Shown here piece after piece: positions 10,701 to 20,500 of a stretch of 46,160 nt of DNA; within the stretch, counting starts at the first letter, position 1; each line of letters begins with the position of its first letter. This DNA is from a virus (taxonomy: Duplodnaviria; Caudoviricetes): IMG/VR virus record IMGVR_UViG_3300045534_000027, positions 1 through 46,160 of that record. One strand, written 5' to 3'. Made by a program: the position numbers and the translations under genes. The notes under the pieces were generated by a model. The model did no database searches. It was not told the DNA's origin and saw only the letters and a list, made by a program, of their open reading frames with translations.

Positions 10701-13700
10701 GGCTAGGTAACCTAGAACTTCAGATAGTTTTTCTTCAGCCCAAATTTCTTTTTCATCAGAGTATCCTTCCTCGACAAACGTATTAATTTTATCCATAACA
10801 TCTGGTCTGCTGGCTAGAGATTTTGCAACCGCCTTTAGCATTCTATTTGTAATCCTAGTGGCAGGTTTCCCGTCTAATATATAGTTCAGCAACACAGCGT
10901 GAAACACCTCGTGAGCGACAGTTGTATTGGTTGCGTTGGATCCATTGATATGAATTATGTTCTTACCTCTACTATCCTTATTCATATTGTAGAAGCCTCT
11001 ATCGTTTCTTCCTACAGTATTAAAGAAAGACTCTGCAGTCTCGTGATACACAATCTCCACGTTAGGTAATAGTTTTGATAGTGCCTTCTTGGCTCTAGCT
11101 ATCTGCTCCTTAATATTACTTGACGCAGGCGTTATAACCTCGTCAAGCGTGGTCTCTATCTCACTCGGAGCTATCTCTTCTGTTGCTAACTCTATTGGCT
11201 TTGCTTCTGCTTTAACTTCTGCAACGCTTGGCTCAACAACTTCACCTGTTGTTTCTGCGGTAGCTTCTTCAGCCTCTCTAAGTTGTCTGTTAAGTTCTTC
11301 ATCGTTCTCTAGTATTTCATTAATAGCTTGTCTCTGTTCTTCAGTCTGCGTTTGATTTAGCAGTGTTTGATATGCAATATCCTCAGCAATCTGCCCCTCG
11401 TACATCACGGTCTTTCCGCTGTCGTCCTTAAGAGACACCGCCTTTACATTTCCGTCTGTGTCGTACTCTACTCCGTTATTAGGAAGTTCTGTCTGTATAT
11501 TCCACGTATTATCACCAACCTTAATCTTACCCTCAGGAGTCACACTCATAAGTTCGGTCTGAGGCTGTATGCCTAAGTCTTCAACCTTAGTGTCTGAAAT
11601 TTCGTCAACATTTCCTAGATCGTACGTCTTATTATTTTTATCTTCAAATATAACACGTTGCCCTTCTTGATATATATTACCCTCCACAGGAGCATCTAAC
11701 TTAGCGCCTCCAAACGATTCAAGAGTAGCTGGTCTATTCAAAACATCAGATACTCTCTGTCCAGAGGTTATAGGTTTAGCTTCAACAGCTGCTGTTTCTG
11801 TTTTTACTTTTTCTTCAGCAATAACTTTAGGTGCAACAACTTCAACAGCTGGTGCTTTAGTCTCTGACTCTAATAATTGTATGGCTCTCTTGGTTATTTC
11901 GGAATCATTTATAGTTATCGTTTTTGTTCCGTCTGGATTAAGCTCCTTCATAAGCTCTCTAGCGGCCTTATCCTTTAACCTTATCACCTCAGCAGATGGA
12001 AGCTCAGTAAGCTTATTATAACCACCTTGAAGGGTGGTGTTTCTTTTTTCTTCTAACTTAGAGTACTCATCCTTTAATTCATTTATAAATGTTTCCTTCT
12101 GCTCTTTAGAAAAATTAGAGTCCTTTATTTCTTGAAGTTTAGCTTTTAATTCTGCCTGTTTTACATTAATATCTACTAAAAATTGAGTCTCTTGCGCGTT
12201 AAAATCTTTACCTTTTTTTGCGTTTTTAGATACAATATCAAATGACTGATTTGTAAGTTCATTCATTTTTTTATAGCTAATCACTCTTTCCTCTGGAGTT
12301 AAGTTAGGGTTGTTTTTTACCTCATCACTTAATCTTTCTATTTGAGATAGGATTTCTTTTGTTTTTTTAATGTCTTTGTTATCAGAGTATATCCTTGCCT
12401 TTTGTGCAATTCCTCCCCACACTCCTCCAATCATAGTCATACCTCCGCCCATTAATCCACCAGCTACAAAGCTTTCAAATCTCCTTTCGTTTGCTTGCTG
12501 TGTTGATATTTCTTTCCCAGCAATATACCTGTCTGCGGCAATTTGAGCCTCGGCTGTCAAATACTCTGTCCCTCCTTCTAGTCCAAAATTGTAACCGAAT
12601 TGTTTCCCTAATCTAGAAACCTCCTGCATCGCTCCATCTTCAATTAGTTTTCTTGAAGGATTTGATGCCTTCGCTATGGATTTTTCAATATTTTTTAAAA
12701 CAGAAACAGTACCCAATCTTTCAAAAAGAGCTTCTGCCCCTCCATACATATAAGAGGTTGCTAATTTTTGACCGAAGGATGTTTTCTTGGCAAATGGTTG
12801 TGATTCCTCGATCTCCATTGTTCTGAATTGTTCTCCTCCAGTTCCTGCTCCAAGTAGTGCTGGTCCTAATTCTGGAGCAATTGCCAATGTTACAAATACA
12901 GGTAGTTGCTCCGTACCTAATCCAGCCATAAAGGATCCTACATCTGAGAAGTTACTTATGTCTTTTGCCTTGTACTTTATAAATTGCTCTCTATCCTCCG
13001 AAGCCTCATCTAGAACTTCATTAGCCATCTTAATATTACCCTCTCTAAAGCCGTATACGTCAGTATCTAAACCTGTCTTCTCGTCAAGATATCTAGCCGT
13101 CTCCTCCATTAATTTTACAGTTCCACCAGCTATTCCTTTTGCAAAGTTTTTAATATTTGAAAGATGCTTTTCGTAGTCGTTGTAGTTATACTTAAACACA
13201 TCAAGCAGTTCATCGCTTGACTTTACTTCTTCTAGTATTTTTGGAAATTTTTGATCTAGGTACTTAAGACCTTCTAAGGACTCATTAGCGTTACCAAGAA
13301 GTTCGTTATATTTATCAACTTGCGCCTGAGTTATTTGCTCCCTAGGTATATTTTTTAAAGAGTTGTAGTATTTTTCAAACTCATTTATTTGACCTTTATA
13401 AATATCAGCAGAAATAACAGCTTCTTTTAATGAGCTATTCTTTTTTAGATTATCTAATTTTAATTCCTTCCAAATGCCCTGTCTGTCATAATCTTCAGGA
13501 AGGTTCGCGTCAATTCTTTTTTCTAGTTGCTTTCTTTTATCGTTTATTCTAAAGATGTCCTCTGCTCTTTTTTGGATGTTATCACCTGTTATAGGCAGAC
13601 CTTCTTTCTCTAACTCTTTCTTGGCTTGTATTTTTTCTTCCTGTAGTGGCTTGTATTCATCAATAGTAAAGTAATCTTTAGTACCACCTAAGGCTTCGTT

Positions 13701-14177
13701 TATGGATGATAAACCAGCACCAGTGACGTTCCATATTGATTTAGCAGCCTTGCCTAGATTATTTAAAATTCCAGACTGATTTTTTTCTTCTAAAAGTCTT
13801 TCCTCTGTTATATTTTCATCAACCTCGGACTTAGCTTTTTTAAATACTTGTACTGCGTAGCTTTCAGAAGGCTGCTGTGTCTTTTGTTGTTCACTAACTA
13901 TAGCCCCAACTGCACCTTTACCTCCAAACGCATCAATGCTTTGAAAAGGACTACTTGTTGGACCACCTAAAGCAACCGAAGCCTGCGCTCTTGTTGGTGG
14001 CTCTGTATCCGATGAAGTACTTGGCTGAGTAGGTCTCGTAGGAGATCCCCCAGCTTTTTCTTGTGAAGTGGGCTCTGAAGATCCTTTTTTTTTTATAGGT
14101 ATGCCGAACTCGTCAACAGCTTGTTTTTTAGTTGCAGTCTTTTTAATCGGTATTCCAAATTCATCAACTTCGTCCAT
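4704..14177 (-). CDS. giant (3157 aa) virion/ejection polyvalent protein: zincin metallopeptidase, HhH glycosylase-like, two ART-like and other modules
   Basis: Last gene of the structural block after two ejection-type genes; HEVFH...EE zincin motif; LLVYHG...GIYFT...YVVFDPKQIK ART-PolyVal-like motif; repeated GR[RK]Q linkers. Confidence 0.8.
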   Translation of the reverse strand: MDEVDEFGIPIKKTATKKQAVDEFGIPIKKKGSSEPTSQEKAGGSPTRPTQPSTSSDTEPPTRAQASVALGGPTSSPFQSIDAFGGKGAVGAIVSEQQKTQQPSESYAVQVFKKAKSEVDENITEERLLEEKNQSGILNNLGKAAKSIWNVTGAGLSSINEALGGTKDYFTIDEYKPLQEEKIQAKKELEKEGLPITGDNIQKRAEDIFRINDKRKQLEKRIDANLPEDYDRQGIWKELKLDNLKKNSSLKEAVISADIYKGQINEFEKYYNSLKNIPREQITQAQVDKYNELLGNANESLEGLKYLDQKFPKILEEVKSSDELLDVFKYNYNDYEKHLSNIKNFAKGIAGGTVKLMEETARYLDEKTGLDTDVYGFREGNIKMANEVLDEASEDREQFIKYKAKDISNFSDVGSFMAGLGTEQLPVFVTLAIAPELGPALLGAGTGGEQFRTMEIEESQPFAKKTSFGQKLATSYMYGGAEALFERLGTVSVLKNIEKSIAKASNPSRKLIEDGAMQEVSRLGKQFGYNFGLEGGTEYLTAEAQIAADRYIAGKEISTQQANERRFESFVAGGLMGGGMTMIGGVWGGIAQKARIYSDNKDIKKTKEILSQIERLSDEVKNNPNLTPEERVISYKKMNELTNQSFDIVSKNAKKGKDFNAQETQFLVDINVKQAELKAKLQEIKDSNFSKEQKETFINELKDEYSKLEEKRNTTLQGGYNKLTELPSAEVIRLKDKAARELMKELNPDGTKTITINDSEITKRAIQLLESETKAPAVEVVAPKVIAEEKVKTETAAVEAKPITSGQRVSDVLNRPATLESFGGAKLDAPVEGNIYQEGQRVIFEDKNNKTYDLGNVDEISDTKVEDLGIQPQTELMSVTPEGKIKVGDNTWNIQTELPNNGVEYDTDGNVKAVSLKDDSGKTVMYEGQIAEDIAYQTLLNQTQTEEQRQAINEILENDEELNRQLREAEEATAETTGEVVEPSVAEVKAEAKPIELATEEIAPSEIETTLDEVITPASSNIKEQIARAKKALSKLLPNVEIVYHETAESFFNTVGRNDRGFYNMNKDSRGKNIIHINGSNATNTTVAHEVFHAVLLNYILDGKPATRITNRMLKAVAKSLASRPDVMDKINTFVEEGYSDEKEIWAEEKLSEVLGYLASEYETLPDVSKNIIQKWLEKIAVMLKMKPFTDKQVLDFMNAIATKVAYGQEITEGDVGKVLGKNKILEENTLSGKRKRRQAEDLFLTDTKPKLSSTKDVANFLDIWANENKLFDKDIKDVSDDVVVKEFVNHISAELNAWSKVQGDKYVSFYDEDIAKKANPTLQKYAKENYGRELKDEEVKLFHLVSAFASPSANPYMDSWKGFYIFNRYMKTGELSGYSDKMATVWETLPNKKRVDIGIPKLDSKGNPIRSKVTPAYSQTGIEKFQAILDKNNGDLKKAMDWMTSKHSFKDISDMFGYPLSGPKATKENEYLSKEDGGIGVFGMTGAKLGSYILNRFGNFSTVTKDMWYARTMARLSGEKLVGIDKETGKESAIKTPWAESTKEGKRKRELADKAFKIVANNLGTSPAMVQERIWDFEKRLYEMLGANEDAAYVSDGLNKGIEIANEEAKETSKDKVKGRKQISPENSSNYANMTEDGKGNFVFYHFGPRGIKAIDPKKYGSNKGAITSKPEIAAMGRVGGMSQFYTMPEYQESNVSGDKYMIKVPMDKVYDFNTDPDNLYDKAKEMFKAKHPDLPFTANDQLAYITKLAEKAGYDMTVAEWNDMSRAQSTKALKPVDTQVMDGNVISKPFQEDYESNSTKGFEPVIPTSKEAKLKDVYQKINAERNSKNRYDSLYSLAEDFPKLSQDKITDMIESSDISQEMKDAYAEALAYEPGARMSGRRQKEKILNIYPELKDTKAIDNTGAPLLVYHGGIKFDDFNPSQNKNDKGIYFTENKDFAEFFAHQAEVFERDKRGDDYSDIPEELLSTGDPFPEKYFKYAKIHSAYLDMKNPTIVDAIDAKDIPKNYEPNTDGFIAKSTGDFGYKGGQYVVFDPKQIKKAEAINIEGRKQVDAKAIAKNTKAEVERVKALPINAEDGATFNLDGTKYEGGGLVVPLNSIEGNTTQEKLSPEMIGDFAKENEDSVGDETMVKLGIYKFPKKVDVSVDMNIVIPREHREVALEFGAIIGQESLFDLDTFENVKTGGDGLNPMKLTAEQFREAASSLKNGVMPKFVSGRRQKSPIDTAVETAKRKGFNDKEIADYLVGKGYTREQATNAILRYNKVTAEKLRKEDSVFTKEGRNKIVTFLDQVKRRALSAKSFLPKSVFILKEGIEANIKAEAKRASYLVDDFNKLVKGYKGDLNALNDEFDRYLRGDQTAVLPDEFKAVAGKMRMHIDNLSQMLLRTGAVTVSQAETIAANLGQYINRSYQVFDKKNWAKQVTEEMKEAARVDLRNMYRASAEAKAKQTGMDADIILEKFINDKIDELISGESAATFLGIGKTGSKDLSIMKQRLDIPLSIRQLMGEYTDASQNYARTVIKIATLAENARFLQSARDAGMGVFFFKEGDINKPSEFNVQIAGEGSETMNPLNGLFTTKEIADAFKTSISAEKFIEGFVGPNVASSVVSLYTNYMKLLSVVKWNKTIASVATHFKNVTGNIWFMLSNGYFNYKKYGEAFNVLRNSSNEQLRDKLDEYIRAGIIDQSAALGEIKSMFSDADFDTAIENRLKKNPLEKAKKAARWVITKLNTAYQLEDDFYKIVSYESEKDRYSNAEFQKPFDQLTEDQKIMVSNIAAENTKNVLPNYARIPGLVKLIKIAPVTGTFISFQAEAYRTAWNTVALAFDELSSSNKKIKAIGAKRLAGIAFSQSVKFGLMTAIGTVLRGGDDDDEEDKLNKNVREFVPEWSKKSDLALVEYGNGKFSYVDFSASDPHGGIKKAYNSFMAGDGAVESFTNGMSEILGPFVKKDMLLEAITDINNNENSYGGKLYNDADTNVNKINAVAERFYKVLEPGSLTSARKIAQAENVGNELAGQLTGYKVITIDVGQQLGFKMNKSKDDIREAKRLYNSAFYKFEDGKMTAEELESNYNQANSAQKEMYKSIMDNMKAASFFGVEDRVIDDAMEGIGKGVVNDLWYGEIPDMKQKQVKLTDAEFRAKYGEKIYNQMLRGRESLKKGAK

Positions 14178-14178
14178 A

Positions 14179-15792
14179 CTATTGTATTTTAACTCCTTTT
14201 TGTTTTAATAATTTTTCGTATTCGATTGCAGAATAACCTGCTGCTGCTGCTTTTGCTGCTAAATCACTTCTCTTTATAACTGTTTTAGTTTGTGTTCCTC
14301 CACCTTGTCCACCACCTGAACCCTTCACTCTTGTATATTCATTATTAAAGTATCTCTCAGCCTCCTCTACACTTCTGAAGTTCCTGTCTTTCCCAGGATA
14401 AGGAACTTGTCTAATATAAACAGACATAGCAGGATAGTTCTCTTGATTATTTAAAAGTCTTGTATTTTCACTTATATTTTTCTTTCCCTCTCCAACCTTC
14501 ACAGTACCTCCTCCAGTCTCATCTCCAGTAGTAACCTCGTCTGTCTCTGTTCCAGATATCTTTGTAACCTTCATTCTTACCAACATTTTCTTACTCTTTG
14601 GATCCTTTTCATAAGAAAGAGCGTCAATTCTATCTTCTATTCCTTTACCCTTAGGTATTATAACACCATCTACGTTTAAAGCAACACCTAGTAAATTATT
14701 AGTTCCTTTATAGTTCATCCTACTAATATCACTTACTGTAGGAGTGTATTTAGGTGGTTTAGTTGTACCTCCGCCTCCGCCTCCGCCTCTAACAGGAGCG
14801 AACTCAGCTCTTGGAGTCTCTTCGTATTTAACTTGAGATAGTAGTTGCTTTTCAAATATTGCCTTAGCCTCTTCACGCATCGCTGGAGTGATGTCAGATA
14901 TAATGTTTCCTCCCTCTATCCTACCAGCTACAACTCTATCAGTTGGACTAGATTTCTTGTAGTCTGTAAGATTAGGCTTCCAGTCGCTATAGTTTGTAAG
15001 TATATCTCCAATTACATTATCATTAAACGCAATACTATTAAAGGCATTATCTAAAAATTCAGCATAATTTTTATTATCCTTTTGATTTGGAGCCTCAAGT
15101 GTTCTTACTCCATTTTTCATCTCTACAGTAATAAACGGCTTCATTTTATCTGTAAAGCTAGCAGCCTTTTCAGTAAGATTAACCTTTAAATCTGTATAGT
15201 TCTTTATGTTGTTTAAAGTCTCAAACGGCAGAATACCAAACGCACCACTTCTAGGCTGGTTTGTCTTTGGATCTATATCTACAGTGTATGTAAACCCGTC
15301 ATTTTGATTTTGTATTAGCTTCTTATTTTTAAAGTTTTGAAATCCTCCGTACTGATCTTGAGCAGCGTTAGCCATCTCTGTGGTCAATCCCTTGGCTCTT
15401 AATTCAGACATAGCCTTGTAAGTAGGCTCCCAGTTCTTTACAAACGTGTCCAAACTTCCTATACTTGCAGATGTGTTCTGCTTAAAAATCTTGTAATTAG
15501 ATCTACTATCTTTTCCTTCCTGAACTAACTTTAGACGATTAAACATATTAAATTTAATATCTGCCGCGTGATTCTGAACAAGAGCTCCCAGTGTAGGATC
15601 ACTACTCTGACTAATCTTATTTATCTCAGTTAGAACATCATTAGCCAGCTGCTTATCAGCCTCTCTATTCTCGTAACGCTGCTGCTCTTGTCTTTGAAGG
15701 TTCTCGTTTACGTTGCTGATTACACTACCCCAATCAAGCGTTGGAGCTGCACCTATTTCTGATGGATTCTGATATTTATAGTAAGTTGACAT
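14179..15792 (-). CDS. putative internal virion/ejection protein
   Basis: Position between tail genes and the giant protein; helical N-terminus, poly-Gly linkers. Confidence 0.55.
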   Translation of the reverse strand: MSTYYKYQNPSEIGAAPTLDWGSVISNVNENLQRQEQQRYENREADKQLANDVLTEINKISQSSDPTLGALVQNHAADIKFNMFNRLKLVQEGKDSRSNYKIFKQNTSASIGSLDTFVKNWEPTYKAMSELRAKGLTTEMANAAQDQYGGFQNFKNKKLIQNQNDGFTYTVDIDPKTNQPRSGAFGILPFETLNNIKNYTDLKVNLTEKAASFTDKMKPFITVEMKNGVRTLEAPNQKDNKNYAEFLDNAFNSIAFNDNVIGDILTNYSDWKPNLTDYKKSSPTDRVVAGRIEGGNIISDITPAMREEAKAIFEKQLLSQVKYEETPRAEFAPVRGGGGGGGTTKPPKYTPTVSDISRMNYKGTNNLLGVALNVDGVIIPKGKGIEDRIDALSYEKDPKSKKMLVRMKVTKISGTETDEVTTGDETGGGTVKVGEGKKNISENTRLLNNQENYPAMSVYIRQVPYPGKDRNFRSVEEAERYFNNEYTRVKGSGGGQGGGTQTKTVIKRSDLAAKAAAAGYSAIEYEKLLKQKGVKIQ

Positions 15793-15795
15793 AAA

Positions 15796-16725
15796 TTATC
15801 CTAAAGTTGATTTTGGTTGTCCTAATAACTGCATAAGAAGGTTAGGGTTTTGAGATATCATTTGAAGAAGCTGTGCCTGAGTAGGTTGAGCTGACGGTCT
15901 TGCAAAAGAAGTACCCCCTAATAAAGTCTGTAATTTATCTCCTTCGTTAGCAAAACCTCCGTAAGTTCCAACCATTCCAGCACCCTGAGTTATAAGTCCT
16001 CCAACCCCTTGAAGTGCTGCCTGTTGTTGTGCTACCATAGCTTTTTCTGCAGCCATAGCAGCTGTCTGAGCGCCTTGAGCCTCCTCTAAGTCTAACTTAG
16101 CCAGATCTTGATTTATTGCCATTCCAGCCCCAGCCTTAGTCATAGCGTCAGTATAAATTCTGTCGGCAAGAGCCTCTCTTGTCTTTGCTTGTCCTTCAAT
16201 AGTTGCCTCCTGAACCCCTTGAATTCCTCCAAGTAGCATACGTGGATCCTGAGATAAAGCTTCTACAGCCTGTGCGTTAGCAGCAATACCCTCTCTAAAT
16301 TGTCTGTCGTAAGCTTGTAATGGAACCTGTGTCGCTTCATATAAATTTTGTTCCTTTCTTCTTCTAGCATCTTCAGCAAGTCTTTCAGCCTCTCTTTTAG
16401 CCCCTAACATAGCTGCCTTCTGTTTATCAGCTTGTATGTAAGACATAGCTGTTGAAGTAAGCGTAAGTCCCATACCTAAACCTGAGGTAAGAAGAGATGG
16501 TGCTTCTTTAAGAGCTGGTGGAACTGGTGGAGCTCCAGATGCAGCTCCAACACCTGTAATCCCACTCATAGCTGCTTGAACATTTGGCATCATAGCGTTA
16601 ATATTAATAGGACTCACAGGAGAAAATTGATTCTGTCTTGCTTGAGTTGTAGAACCTAAAAATCCTTGATTGTTTAGCAAAGGATTAAATAATTGTAAGA
16701 ATGGGTTATTATTTGTTTCAAACAT
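15796..16725 (-). CDS. putative DNA-ejection/pilot protein
   Basis: Ala/Gln/Gly-rich helical protein with GxG hydrophobic segments, typical of podovirus pilot proteins. Confidence 0.55.
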   Translation of the reverse strand: MFETNNNPFLQLFNPLLNNQGFLGSTTQARQNQFSPVSPININAMMPNVQAAMSGITGVGAASGAPPVPPALKEAPSLLTSGLGMGLTLTSTAMSYIQADKQKAAMLGAKREAERLAEDARRRKEQNLYEATQVPLQAYDRQFREGIAANAQAVEALSQDPRMLLGGIQGVQEATIEGQAKTREALADRIYTDAMTKAGAGMAINQDLAKLDLEEAQGAQTAAMAAEKAMVAQQQAALQGVGGLITQGAGMVGTYGGFANEGDKLQTLLGGTSFARPSAQPTQAQLLQMISQNPNLLMQLLGQPKSTLG

Positions 16726-16741
16726 AATTCTATATATTTTA

Positions 16742-16749
16742 CAAAGATA
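16742..16749 (-). promoter_or_regulatory. Bacteroidota sigma70 -7 element (TATCTTTG)
   Basis: TAnnTTTG consensus 16 nt upstream of the ATG at 16725. Confidence 0.75.
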
Positions 16750-16755
16750 ATAATT

Positions 16756-17535
16756 TTAAGGATAACTTTTAAATACGTTTGATTTAACTGAGAATAATTC
16801 AACTCTATCTTTCGATCCATTCTCCAGCTCGTACTGCATATAGTATCCACGCGCACCGTAAGACTCAGCAATGCTATTCTTTATGTACAGTATGTAGTCT
16901 CCGTCATTCACTGGATTAGCTAAAGGAGGTGTGTTATTTATCGTTATAGATGTCTTTGTAAATCCTGTAACAGCACCTATAAACTCTATAGTTCCAGCAT
17001 CATTTCTGTACGCCAAGTCACCAATACTTACGATTGTTCCGATATTAAACGTGAAGTTTAAGATGGTAGCAGCAGTCGCTGGATCTTCTACAGTGTCTAC
17101 CGAGCCTACACCCTGAGCGGAGCGAAGTTTAAGGTTGTTGTCTCCAGAAAGGCTGCGTATATACGCAAACCAGTTCCCCTCCTTCTCTACAAAGTAGCTT
17201 GAGTCTATATCTCCAGTAGACAGATCCGTTATAACAGAGCAGCTCCACGGGCTATTTCCATATGTGGCAATAGTCTTGAAGTTCTTTATAGTCAGCGGCT
17301 CCTTATTAAATACAGACGTTACCTTAGATGGTTCAAACGCATCATCGGGAAACCCTAATTCGTCCCACCATTCATAATAAAAGGTGTTCCTATCTACATT
17401 GGTGTTGTGCTTGTATAGCTGACCTCCTTTGAAGGAGTAGAACGCTCCGTTCATACCTAGCATCATCTCTGGGTGGTATGAAAAGAATGATGTCCATCCC
17501 TCTACGTTCTTATTATATGTTAGTGTGTATTTCAT
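16756..17535 (-). CDS. tail nozzle/muzzle-associated protein (C-terminal part of the stabilization protein family)
   Basis: TLTY...GWTSFFSYHPE...FYSFKGGQLYKHN and EKEGNWF motifs; likely start MKYTL at 17535 rather than 17556. Confidence 0.65.
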   Translation of the reverse strand: MKYTLTYNKNVEGWTSFFSYHPEMMLGMNGAFYSFKGGQLYKHNTNVDRNTFYYEWWDELGFPDDAFEPSKVTSVFNKEPLTIKNFKTIATYGNSPWSCSVITDLSTGDIDSSYFVEKEGNWFAYIRSLSGDNNLKLRSAQGVGSVDTVEDPATAATILNFTFNIGTIVSIGDLAYRNDAGTIEFIGAVTGFTKTSITINNTPPLANPVNDGDYILYIKNSIAESYGARGYYMQYELENGSKDRVELFSVKSNVFKSYP

Positions 17536-17539
17536 ATTC

Positions 17540-20500
17540 TTAACAAGGTTCATCAAGAGTAATTACAATTCCTCCAACGATACGATCAACAGTACCTTCT
17601 AGTGCGCAAAATGCTATAAAATCATCTGCAGGTAAATCAATAGTTCCAGGATTTCCTTCACAGTCAATATATCTACAACTTCCTGCCTCTCCAGAAACAA
17701 CAGTTGATGCTATATATCTATAGCAATCAAGACATTCTGCACACGGAGTAGGATCTAAAAGAACTCCAGACAATAATCGTCTGTATGTTGTTCCGAACTT
17801 ATAATATCCGTCAGGCGCTAATGTAGTCAGACTCTCATTAATCCATATACTTGTTGCATTTTCGAATGAATCAGCGTTTATGTAGTACGTATCTGTCTCT
17901 GTACAATCACAACATAACATATAAGGATTGGTCTCATCATAACACAATATTATTTCTGTTGTACTTCTGTAATCCCAAACTAAATATAAATAATCAAAAC
18001 CTATTAAAGCAACATCGTTTATAACAGCCTGATACGTTCCAGTTATAGGAGTAATTGTTGTTAATAAAGGCGATAACTCACTTGGAGTATATAAGTTATT
18101 AGATATTAAGTACTTAAACGAGTTAAATTCTGAGTTAAAATTAAACGTATCTCCAGGTAGTTTTTCTGAAATTAGTGTTATATCACTTCCGTTAGCTGGT
18201 ATCATACCTTGAGATAGACCACCAGTCTGACTTTCATATAACGAAACACCATCAGCCTCCATAGTTATAAAGTCTGTGTTAAATGAACTGTTATAATCTC
18301 CAAGAGTCCACTTGTACTTATTGTGTATTGTATCATCCTCGTTGCCAGGATTATTGTAAACAACTCTGTATACAGTTATAGAATCAAGTACGTTGACGCA
18401 CGACGTGCTTGTGGAGTAAGATGCATTGGTAGATGTTATAGTAATCCTAAGAACGTTAGGAAGAATCTCTGTCTTTTCAAATGTAAAGTCATAAACGTCA
18501 GGCTCATCTAAATTCTCATCAAATACAATATCACCTGCGTACTCAACAATAAGATCAACATCCCCATCAAACAATGTAAGGCTTACGGTAACCTCTCCTA
18601 TCTCATCACCTATCTCCACATCAAACTCATACACACCGTTTACATTCTGTTTAGCTATAGTAACACCACACCCGTAAACATCTAGCTCTGTAGGCATATA
18701 TGTCTCGGTAAGGTGAAGCACATACTCATCCATATAAGGATCATAACCACCGATCTTAAAGTAGTTCTGTGAGTTCTTGAACTCGTCTCTGAACCAGTAC
18801 TTCATACCCATATCGGAGACAATACTAAGCGCATCACTCTGAGCTGATCCGCCTCTTAAGTTTAACACTGAATTACGCTTGATATCTGTAAAGTAAACCT
18901 CACCACCAAATACAGTAAAGCTCTCAGGGTTGTTACTAATTCCGTAGTCCTCAATCCTTGCTATCTGAGTACCAAGCACCTCTGGTATAGACGCTATCTG
19001 ACCTCCACCTGTAGAGTCTGAAAGTAAGTTCTTTCCAGCCAGAACATATGATATCTTATCCTCTTGAAGTACAAGTATATCTGTTCTCCTTGCGTACAAT
19101 CTGTTGATTGGTCCAAAGGACTTTTCTAGATCCTTAAAGTTTGCTAAAGAAAGATTAAACTCATTTAATTTATTAATATTTGTCTCAGCATTATATATTC
19201 CGCTGTACGTTATAGTTGCATACCTGTCAGAAGACATATAGTCCTCCTGAGCCACAGCGGTAACACGCTCACCTAAATAAAAAGGTGCTCCAATTACAGA
19301 GTCATTTATCTTATAACTCTCAACACCGTTGCCAAAACTAAAGCAGTCAAAGAAGTTAAGCGTAACCACCCCATAACCTAAAGGATCTGAATCAGATGTT
19401 TGATCCCTGTCTCCAGGAGCGTCTCCACTCATATGATAACCATTCACAATTGGAAAGCTATCGCTTCCCTCGTAGTATATCTCTCCATCAGCATCAAGAG
19501 ACTCTGTCTCAAAGACAAATAATCCTGTAGCCTTCTGTATTGTTATTGTTCCTCCAGTATACGATCCTCTATAGTCAATACCTGAACAAGAAGGTGTTCC
19601 TGATCTGGCTAAAAAAAACAATCCACCTGTTGGTACGGTTGGGGAATCTGGATCGACAAATTCCTTAAAAAACTGAAACTTATTAACCCCAGCTTCTGCA
19701 GGGAATAATGGGTAAACAGAACTAATATATGCTTGCGTTCTTTTATAAGGAACTGATAAGGATCTATCATAGTCATTAGTATTAACATCATCATCATCTG
19801 ATTTTATCACCCCTTTTTCAAAATCAACACCCTCTCCTATACAAAACAGATAGAAGTTATCATAGTCCTGACTAGATACTACTGTTTTTTGAAATTTATA
19901 TGATCTACTACCACAATTAGAACCCCTTCCGTTTCTATTCATACCTATATTAAACTTCACAATACTTCCAGCAGGTATATCGTGAGGTATTTTTGATTGA
20001 TTAGTTGGTGTAACTGGGCCTGGTATAAAATCAGGATTATCGTAACTTAAATCCCATCCTGCTGCTTGATAATTAGAAAGTGTTTTATTAGTACCTTCTA
20101 TAAAAACAAACGAATTGGTTTCGTATACAGCCTCAAAATTACTAGCCCTAATCTTCATATAGATTCCGCTAGGCTCATATATTATATTATCATCATTACT
20201 TCCACTAATAAAATTATTTGATTGAGCTTGTACGTCTAAAATATCTATCGTTGTTAAAACATCAAGGGCTCCATTAGAGTCTCTCTTTACTATCAACCTT
20301 TCACCAACTCTTGCCTTGCTTATATTCTCTCCCTCTAACTTAAACCAACTAAAACCATTTCCGTCTTGAAAGAATAAATTAGTATATAGGGTTTCATATT
20401 TTGATCTTGATGGTTTAACAACAAACTTGTATCTCTCAGCCCAAGATGGTGCTAAGTTACTTATTGTAGCAACTATATAATTTTTTTTATCAGAAGTAGA

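Noticed and set aside
14767-14790. (CCGCCT)n short tandem repeat
   Set aside because: It simply encodes a poly-Gly linker in frame; no sign of phase variation
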